DNA of 64,000 nt. It comes from Catajapyx aquilonaris. Its lineage: Eukaryota. The notes beneath the pieces were generated by a model. The model did not search any database. It was given only the letters and a program-made list of their open reading frames with translations, and was not told where the DNA came from. The translations under genes and the position numbers were made by a program. The stretch is taken from assembly GCA_000934665.2 (NCBI GenBank), contig KZ538474.1, positions 1 to 64,000 on the forward strand. Reading direction: 5' to 3'. Shown one piece after another: positions 24,263 through 34,022 of this stretch (positions within the stretch are counted from its first letter, which is position 1; every line of letters starts with the position of its first letter).

Positions 24263-26610
24263 ATGCGTGCGTTTATCCTGTTTTTAGCGGTTTTCGTCCC
24301 ATTTTGCGACGTCTTCTGCCTTGTTCGGTAAGTCAACATTAGTTTCATGCGGGTAGAAAGAAGAAAGCACTATTGTTCAAGTTACCCTAACATCATTCGC
24401 AATCATTAGGATCTCACTGCACAAAGTCAAATCAGCTCGCCAACAACTGATAGGAGATGGAGCTCAGATCGCCCGCACTACCCTTAGCAACTATTGTGAC
24501 GTAAGTCCATGTTTTGATCTTTTCTTGGTCTTTCTAATTACATAATGTCTAATCACCACGATTATAATTTTCCATTTGCCATTATAGGTTGCATATATGG
24601 GTACAGTTACAGTTGGAAAACCTCTTAACAACACTGCGCCTCAAAATTTCAGCGTTGTTTTCGACACAGGTTCTTCTGATTTTTGGATATATTCATCTCA
24701 GTGTAACGTGAGCAACTGCGGTAAGCAAAAATCTTATTCTCGTAGACGTAGTTATATTTACACCTACTGTATAGTTCACGAGCATAGTAGCGTCATGTTA
24801 TATTTACGCGCATGTGTTACAATAATTCAACATCCGTAATTCCTACATTCAACTTTGAGGAATACGAGAACCTGAATGGCTGTAAATAATTCTAATAGTG
24901 ACTAGATATCAGATAGATTGCCATGACTCCTGCAACTCATTTGAATTGATAGTAGAAAGACTAGTCATCCATTGGGTCTGGTCGAGATCAATGGCACGGA
25001 AATGGTTTCCATAGCCTCCTTTGAAAGTATAATCAAATCTGGAATCGGTAGTCACATCCCACAGTTGGTATTGTAATGTTTCAGCTCACCGACGTTAGGG
25101 GTCAGGTGGTGACAGATCATGATCAAGTTGTTCAGCAGAATGGGAAAATGTATATCGGGAGATAATAATTCTGAGACAGACGGTGCCTTATGTAATAATA
25201 GGCGGAATGTTATTTACTGAACTCCTGCTGTCAACAAAAAATTTCAGTCACACTGTATCATACTGTGTTACTATAAGCAGTTATAAATGTTGTAATTATC
25301 TGCTTTTAAATGCGCGCTGACAATTTGTAGTGCAACAGGCAATCATCCATTCGTGTATTGTATTATGCAACAATTTTGCACGCGAAGCCCAGCACAAGAA
25401 ATACGTGTCCAACGCGTCCAGTACCTACGTGCAAAATGGAACCGACTTCAGCATCACATATGCAACTGGCAACGTATCCGGCTTCCTGTCTAAGGACGAT
25501 GTACTCATAGCAGGAATCACTATCCAGGGGCAATTCTTCGGAGAAGCAGTGGAAGTCGATAACTCGACCGCCAGTATTTCCAATTTGGACGGAGTTCTGG
25601 GAATGGGCTACCCTGTTCCTGGATTTACCCAAACTGTCCTCAGCAACATCTGGAATCAGACCAAGATTCCGGATCCTGTCTTCTCATTTTATCTGAAACG
25701 GTAATCTGTTCAACGTAATGACTATTGAAGCGATTAATATTCTCTAGCAATTACGTTGGTTACAACAGTAACATTCTGTATGTCACTTGCAGATATGTTG
25801 ACAATGGCACTGACGGAGGCGAATTGATTCTTGGAGGTTCGAATGCTGATCATTACAAAGGAGACTTGACCTACATATCAGTTGAGAAAGAAGCAGGGAA
25901 AGACGCTTACTATTACTGGCAGCTGCGAATGGCACAGTATAATCATATTTGTTATAGCATTTATTTTCGCTATGTTTAAGAGCATACTCCAGATTAGTTG
26001 TGATTATTTCAGGGTGAGCGTACCTCGCACGGTTCTAGGATGCATGTATACTTGTAAAGCTATACTAGACACAGGAAGTACCGTAATAGTAGGCCCAGAG
26101 GAGGATATTCTTCGCATTCATTATGAAATAGGAGCGACCCTGGATTCCAACGGGGTGTACGTGGTGAGAAATCCTTGTTATTAATTTTTTAATGTCGAAT
26201 ATAAATTGACTTTATTCCATTTTCAGGTCAATTGCTCCCATGTGCAACACATGCCAGATATCAATTTCATATTTCGCGAAGGGGTATTTCCACTCAGTCC
26301 TGTAGATTACATCACTAAGGTAGGCCAATACAACAGTGTCTGTGAGCACCTTGTAACTTATATCCATATTATTATCCTATAGATTAACGATACCCTCTGC
26401 GTGACGAATTTTGACATAAACCATCAAGTATATCCAGATTGGATTTTGGGCGTCACCTTTCTTCGCCGATACTATTCGGTCTACGATTTCGGCAAGAATC
26501 GCGTCGGCCTGGCAGAATCCCGAGAATCTTCAGCGTCTCTAATGACACCTTCTTTATTCATCCTGTTGTTAGCAACATTCGTGCTCCAACTTTACACGAC
26601 CCGTCCATAA
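24263..26610 (+). CDS. Pepsin/cathepsin D-like aspartic protease (family A1), 405 aa, with signal peptide and hydrophobic C-terminal tail
   Basis: Exons 24263-24327, 24410-24500, 24588-24720, 25388-25700, 25793-25936, 26013-26163, 26227-26319, 26383-26610 (1218 nt, GT-AG, in frame). Signal peptide MRAFILFLAVFVPFCDVFC; catalytic motifs VVFDTGSS and AILDTGST; flap ITYATG; LDGVLGMGY; FSFYL; GGELILGG; WILGVTFLRRYYSVYDFGKNRVGLA. Confidence 0.93.
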
Positions 26611-29600
26611 ACATTCACGCTTTCTATTAATCCCCAAGAAAAGTTGCTCCCAATTTGGACAAAAATGTAGGCTGGCAAAAATTTTACGAGTACAATAATT
26701 TTCCATCAGGCTGGAGATGCAGTACTATTGACGTGCCACGTGAACTTCACGTGATTTCCACGACCTAAATGATCACGACGATCATATCAGGCAACAGGTA
26801 GGCGCGCTTCCTGCAGCAAATTCCTATCCCGAGCTGCATCAGCTATTTCGTAACAGAAATCAGCAAGAGAATCTTCTAATCAGCATCATATATAGGAAGT
26901 GAAAAGAGGGGGTCTTTTCCAGCAGTCAGATTGTGGGATGACTTGTCAAACGTGCTCACAAAGCTTTAATTTTAGATCGTCATGTTGACTTTTTCAGATA
27001 GCGACAAGTCGAGTTTCATGCACAGTTTGAATAGGTGGCGGCGATCTAATCTAAAGACCTTCACACTAAGGCTCATCTTTAAATGTTACAGGCCTTGAGA
27101 GACTTTTTAAATAAGAAAAGAATAACCTGCTGGCACGTCACTACACAGTTTTACATTTTTGTACATTGATATAGTTGTGACGCGACTTCTCTGATGTTCC
27201 TAATTGTGCCATAAATAAATTGTTGCAACAGTACCGTACTGTCCTCATTCCCATCATCGATTCTTTAGGATAAAAACACTGGTAATTTTCTTTCCCATAC
27301 TATATAGCCACCGATCACGCTCCAACGAATCAGCTGGATGAGCATGTACCGTAAGTACACCCTGATTGCACTCCACATTTTCACAATTTTTAAATATCTA
27401 TAGTATAAAGGTGAAAGCACGACACACTATCAGTACACTCTGGAAGCCTCATATCGTTGTTATGTTTGCAATTCACTAATCACACGCGATAAGTTATCCT
27501 ATCCAATAAATTACAATCACGCATTGTATTTCTACATTCAAACTGACTATCGGTGCGCCTATCGTCTATCGTGATTTTTTTAGCCAACCTTCTTGAATGA
27601 TTGCACATGGATGAAGGGCGAAGTTGCGCGAGGTTATGAATACATAAACCAGCGTGCAAATTCCCGTTTCCACCCAAACCAGAGTAGCTTTCTTCGCGGG
27701 AAGGTGGAGACTCCAGAATTTCGGGGTCAGTGGAGTCACTTGGCTGTTATCTTGAGTAAACAAGGTGAAGTTGCCACTCTGATCTTCCCGTTTCCGCCGG
27801 CTGTTTACCTTTTGTCACTCCCACGAGAAAAAGCTGGCGAAACCCCCCATGCTATAAGGGCAATTCCACATCCCAAAAACCTTCAGGGCTGTAGCATCTC
27901 AAAGATTTCTCGCGAGAGAAATCCCTCGCTTTTTTTATTTACCTGCGAAAAAAAGTGTGTCCATATTTAAAACTGAGGTAGCGTATTCGTTTATAACCCC
28001 CCCCCCCTCCCCCATCATTACCATCACGCATCTGAAAGCAAGCTTAACGCACAGGACTGATTCTTCACCTAATTACTATATACATATTCCGTGCACATGT
28101 GTGCTGTTTTCTCAAGCAGTAGTACCATGAATTCGCAAAAACTTTTTTTTTCTCAAGCGCCCTGTTCTATTTTTTCACTCTGAAATTATGGAGACCCTTT
28201 TTCATGTGGTTATTCAGCGCTTAGCTGGGAAGGAAGTGGACGAGTGAGACGTGCCTGCAGCCCTGGCCTATAGAGACGGGTAGCACACTTTCCTTGGTGA
28301 AAATCGTAATTTCTCCTATCACACTTTCTGCCTATAGGCGGGAAACGAGTGATACACCTTGCCTGTCTGCCTGCCTGCATCTGACATTATTTGTTCAGTC
28401 AAGCGACATATCACTGACCTAACTACAGTACACGATGAGAGAGATATTGCACTGGAAAGCCCATTCAGAGATGGCGTCATGCAATCATAAGTTCATGACT
28501 GTATCTAAGAGTCTACTCAGCATCATTACAATGATGGTGGGTGGAGGGGGGGGGGGGCAAATTCGAAACGTTAGAAACTTCTGGAGTCGTGTGGCATATT
28601 TATAGAGTCTTTGCAAGGCCAGGGAAACCTCCCTGAAATTTTAAACACCTTTCACTCCTTGGGTGAAACTTGCACTGTTTTTGTCCACAAGACGAAGAAA
28701 CCCGGTCTTTAGTTACGCCCTCTTCAAAGCTCCAGTTATTTTGGCTCAAAAACTTTGGTGTGTAAAAAAAAAATAGCGCTGTGCACATGGGCATCTTTTC
28801 TTCCTTTGGCCGTGACCCGGACACACATCTGGCAGTAACACGGTGTTAGTTTACACTTTGCAGCACACAATGCTGGGAGACCCTTTAAAGATAACAGAAA
28901 AAAAAGAGACGGGGAGGGCATGCAAGGGTCACCCTTTTGCACGACCTTTTGCCAGCGAGTTGAACTTGAGACGGCAACAAAACGTCTTATAAAAGACGCC
29001 TGACTCAGGCTTTTCTTACCACTGTATACCCGTAACATAATCGGAACGACATGTAGGCTCCACCATATTTGTCAACAGGCCATATTGACAGTACAGGGTA
29101 CGAAAACTATACTGAAATTATCGCGCCTTTATTGCAATTTGGACCCAGCAAGTTCCACTCCCTTCCAATAGATGGCGCGTGAAGCTCTTACAGGCATATT
29201 AGCACTTTTTTTTTTTTAAATTAATCCGAGGCGAATAACAGCTACCAAATATTGCAGGCCCACCTAAGCAAACGCTATTTTTTGCAGCTCTTGAAGTTAC
29301 ATCATCTCCTGAGCAGGCTAAAGTAGCGATATTACTAGAAAATGGGTCAGATCATATTTGGAACTTTAATGACGCACTTTGAAGTGCTGTGTAAAATCTT
29401 CGTAATTCATACGACCGTAAAAATAGTGGTCAAATATCCTAGGCCGCACATATGGCAATTTAGAATACCGGTACCTAATTTGCAACCGGCTGGCTTGTTT
29501 ACAACCGCCAGCCACTTGTAGCCTTGTATAACTGATGCGTAAGTAAAATCCCCCGCGGTTTATATATTCGATGAATGAAAGTACCATGCTACATGAAGAA

Positions 29601-30279
29601 TCATGTCGACCCAATATCGACCTCAGCGAATTTATTTTTTTTCCCCCCACTTGCACTTTGGACACCTGATCGACTCAAAGGTCACTTCCCCTTCCGGACA
29701 TAAGCAACTCTTAGTCAATCTGACTCATCACTCATTATGCAACCCCTTTCGTTCTGCAACGGATTTCGACACTCCGTATTTTTAATGCCGGTACAGACTG
29801 TGTTCAAGGTCCACTCAAGCCGCTCTTTTTCCCAAGCGTCAGTAAGATATGTGGCGAATACCAAGTAGACCGTGTGGTACTCGAAAGTTCGCAATTATTT
29901 AATTTACCCCGTTACACCCTTTCTGTATTATAGCCTTATAAATCCAAACACTAAAAATGGCAATTTGTGTTTTTTTAATAAAATGGTGCTACATTTTTAT
30001 ACCCTACCATGTACGGTGTACCCCCCAGTATTTGTTCCCAAAACCCATGCATTCTCCACCCCGTACCCTACTTGCTTGTTTACTTTCCTCTTCATCCTTC
30101 CCTCCAGACCTCCTCACCCACCTAATCACATGTGGACATGTGGGGGGGNNNNNGTGGGCCATGCCGGGTGGGGTGAGGTGGTGTTCCTCCCCCCTTCCCT
30201 TCCCCTCGACTCATCCTGAGCCGGGGTGGTGGTGTAGGGGAGTCGGGAGAAAGCAAAACGGTGACGCCACTTGTATCAA

Positions 30280-30410
30280 GCACTGTGATTGGCTAGTTGG
30301 GACCGGCTGGGGGATTGTATGCCAGCGCCAAGATAGACTCTAGCGGTTGTTTGTACGGTAGAAAAGTAGTGTGGGCCGGACGCAACGAGCCAGTCGCTTT
30401 CCCGCTAGCG
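30280..30410 (+). promoter_or_regulatory. Putative core promoter of the canonical TIS11 isoform
   Basis: Reverse CCAAT (GATTGG) near 30287 and Inr-like CCAGTC near 30390, about 160 nt upstream of the ATG at 30551. Confidence 0.35.
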
Positions 30411-30550
30411 AATACGGTACGGCAAGTCCACTAAGGGGGGTCAGGAGCGGCAGAATTTTTATTTATTATTGGGCCGGTTCCGGATAGTGACATCGTGTGG
30501 AAGGAGGAAAATTCATATAGTAGTGTGTTACCCCCCGTTGTGTCAAAGTC

Positions 30551-33051
30551 ATGTCGACGGCAGTTGTGTCTGCCAATACGTTGTATGACTTTGGGGATGT
30601 CTTGTACAAGGTAAGCTTGTGTCAGAAAAAAAAAAAAGGTGTATGTGCGGTACCCAGTGCAGTGAGTTTTCCCCCCTCTGTCACAACCAGTTTTTTTTAT
30701 TATTTTGCATAGGCCCGGTTTTAAAATTGGGCGACTACCGGCCAGAGGAAGTACCGGTTTCTAGCTTCCCCGGTCCGGAAATGAAGCGTGGACACCGTGG
30801 GAATTGCATCGTAACCTCCCGGCACATCCGAGCATAATATAGGTTTTAGCTAAACTCGACAGATTCGCGATTTTATCCACACATTTGAAGCCACTACCCC
30901 ACTGACCTACACCGGTCAATCCAAATTCCCGCGCGGTATGGCGTATTTTGAATGGTTCCCGACGCGGTTCCCGACATGGCATGAAAGGATGAATTTAATT
31001 GGAGCTAATCGGGCGGTGTGTCTGGCCACCGGGGGGGGAGGTGGGTGGTGGGTGGTGGAATCCCTCAGAAAGAACCGCTCGGACGAGACAGTCAGACGCC
31101 GGTGTCTAGTGCTGCACAGTGTGCTGATTGTTCTGTAAGCCATGGCGGATCAGGAACTTCAGAAGGAAAAAGAGGCCCTGTTTAACACGCTGGTGAAGAC
31201 CGCGTATGAAATAGCGTACGGGTCTCCTGATCTGTTTCTTCCGCAGTATCGGAAGAAGGTAAGAACCGGAAATTTAGCCAAGTGGCATGGTTAGGCTGAA
31301 ATTAATCATGGCGGATCAACCTGCCGCGGTTGTTTTTTTTTGCCGGGCTCTGGATGGGTAGGATGGCGGTGTATTTGCCCGTAGGTTCCGATCTGATATT
31401 TTTGGGAGGATGTCGGTGGGGGGTGAGCTTAGGAGGTGCATTTTTGGCGCGAAATGAGGGTGACGTCATAAGCCGGTTATGGTGGCTGATGGCCAGAAAC
31501 ACGGGGTGGGTATTGATCGATGTAGTACTGTAATAAAGTCGACGCTGGTTGAAGTAGCACCTGTTGCGATGGGGGAAAAGGAATTAGCACATGGGTGGTA
31601 CTGTGGTAGTTGCTTGAGCAATGGTCCAATGACAACAACTATTTCCTAAACATGGGTTTCGCCAGGTGGGATACATGATGAAGCACCAGGTTCTTGCATT
31701 TTGGTGTGTAAGAATATGAAGTGACTAAGGTATCCAACTTGGTGTAAGTAACAGTAATAGACATATTTACCTGGGTTTATGTATGCCAAGCCTTATTTGT
31801 GTCAGTGCAAGGCTGCCTACCTGTTCAAAACACTATTGCAATTGGGAGGGGAGAGCTGAGAGCAAGTGCATGTTGCGAAATGATAGCTTGTCACATTCAA
31901 GGTGTAATACATTGAGGATGGGTAATAACACTGTTTTCCTCTCTTTACAGAATAAATTGTCATTTAAGGGCAATGACAGCAAGGGCATAGGGATGGCCCC
32001 ACCTACTGGCCTTAGCCGACGCAACTCCAACCCGGTTGGCAAGTACAACACCGGCTCTGCGGGCAGCGACTACAACAGTTCTGTGATCAACGCCAACCAG
32101 CTGAACAACAACAACCAAACTGCTAACAACAACAGCAGCCAGCATCGCAAGCTGGATCGCAGCCACAGTGAACCGGTGGAGCGAAGCTCGAGTGCCCAGC
32201 AACAGCAACACAAGAGCAACATCAATACCAGCCGTTACAAGACCGAGCTGTGCAGGCCATTCGAGGAGAGTGGCACTTGCAAGTATGGAGACAAGTGCCA
32301 GTTTGCACATGGATCCCACGAGCTTCGCACTTTGGTACGCCATCCCAAGTACAAGACCGAGCTCTGCAGGACCTTCCACACCATTGGGTTCTGTCCGTAC
32401 GGGCCTCGCTGCCATTTCATCCACAACGCAGATGAGGCCAGGAACAAGGCGCCACCTTCACCCACCGGGTCAAATGGCTCGTCGGGCTCCCAGCCCATAC
32501 GGCCCAAGCCGCTGACTTTTGAAGGAAGCGCATTCAGCCTTGGATCGACTGCTGACTCTCCATCACCCCCATCATCCCTGAGCGAGTCGCCAACATCCAT
32601 GGGATCCTTCTTTACTGACGAGATATACATCCCGTTCTCACCGCCTGCGGCACCGGCCCCCACACCAACCACTACTGGCAGTGCCACATCATTTCCATTT
32701 GTCCATGGCAGCAGCTTCATGTCCGAGCCCAGCACTGCAGCCGTGGCTGCTGCCGTAGCCGCCATGAACCAGATGCGTGAAGCATCTCCTCCTCTTGGCC
32801 CAATGCGTCGACACAGCGGAGGGGGAACCCAGGCAGCATCATCTGTGTCGTCCGCCTCTATGGACTCGGTCACATCCGATCTGGACCTGGACATAGATTT
32901 GGATGCCCTCAGCCTGAACGCCCCAGCCGCTTCATCGCCTGTTAACATCGCCTCAGCAGAGATCCTCACCGGGCCGATGGCTGTCTCCCGCTCGCTGCGC
33001 CTGCCAGTGTTTAACAACCTCAGCCGACAGAGCATCTCCAATGATATCTGA
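30551..33051 (+). CDS. Tis11: TIS11/ZFP36-family tandem CCCH zinc-finger mRNA decay activator, canonical isoform (386 aa)
   Basis: Exon 30551-30610 ([20 protein letters not shown]|gtaagc; resembles the recalled ZFP36L1 N-terminus MTTTLVSATIFDLSEVLCK) joined to exon 31951-33051 (tttacag|AAT). Two RYKTELC/KYKTELC CX8CX5CX3H fingers, an RxxS site [10 protein letters not shown], and a C-terminal CNOT1-binding motif RLPVFNNLS. Confidence 0.95.
31142..31258 (+). CDS. Tis11: Alternative first coding exon of TIS11 (39 aa; would give a 405-aa isoform)
   Basis: gccATGG strong start context, open frame [39 protein letters not shown], phase-0 donor AAG|gtaaga compatible with the acceptor at 31951. Inr-like CAGTC about 50 nt upstream. 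Confidence 0.6.
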
Positions 33052-33647
33052 GGTATTCCTCATCCACCCTCCCTTTTTGAATCATCCAAAACGACAACCA
33101 ACAAAATGATTTTTAAAAATTATATGTTTATGCTGGCTTTTACCCAGTGACAATCATGATCCCGGTCATTACAAATGAAATTATGTTATAAATTTTATGA
33201 TTGATTCTACACAATGTGTATTTTAAGTCTAAAGTATGGCCCGAGAGTACATATTTAAGAAGCGTGTGATTAGATTTTTGTGCATGCGCAAAGATTTTAG
33301 AGAGAAAAACAAAAGGAAAATCTCCTTGCATGATCATGGAATGATACAAACTGTGATTGCTTAACCCTTTTTATTCGAAAAATCATTATTATAAGCAACT
33401 CGAGTGCCTGAATTCAGGGGCTTCCAAGGCGAACTTTGGAGGCTTTTTTGCCTTACCCAAGGGTCCAACATTTTACATAGTTCAAAGATCAGAACAAATA
33501 TAGAGAGAAGAACGTGAGACATATTCAAACGAGAAAAAAAAAATTATAGTAATCATGTGCTTGGGACCAGATATTTTTCTGCTAAAGGTTACTGTTGTAG
33601 TCTCAAGTTTTCATTCGTGAAGAAAAATTTTAGTCATCTTTTTTCAG

Positions 33648-34022
33648 TTATTTATGTGAATAATGTTATTATCTTCTGTTAACCACTGCGCAGAAAAATC
33701 TTCAGGAAGTAGGTTTAAAGAGTTAATTTTATTTTGCCAAGTTGTCAAATTTTTTTTTTCTCCCCCGCTATTATTTTTGTGTGCGTCTCCACTCGAATCA
33801 GGCGTCCCAGACCACTGCAAAATTATATTCTACTCCCCACGAATCAATCCGTTGTAGCTCAACCAAATGCATTCTTTTTGGCTCAATCATTGCATAGAAA
33901 CCCCATTTAGACGTCTGATTTTGAGTTCTCGTTTTGACTGATACCCTCTATCCATTTTACTCAATTTACCTACTCTGTATTTATGTAACTTATTATTTAT
34001 ATCATGGAAAAAGTGTATTTAT
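33648..34022 (+). promoter_or_regulatory. AU-rich elements in the TIS11 3' UTR
   Basis: TTATTTAT at 33648-33655 and 33993-34000; TATTTAT at 33978-33984 and 34016-34022. Candidate AATAAA at 34612-34617. Confidence 0.65.

Noticed and set aside
30143..30153. N-runs inside G/C homopolymers (also 34147, 35261-35270, 52866)
   Set aside because: Assembly or sequencing uncertainty, not biology.
31783..31950. N-terminal 56 aa of the 422-aa TIS11 ORF
   Set aside because: Intronic read-in upstream of a strong acceptor (tttacag at 31950); better first exons lie upstream.
32235..33041. 268-aa antisense ORF, plus 31960-32424
   Set aside because: Shadow of the GC-rich TIS11 coding exon; no independent homology.
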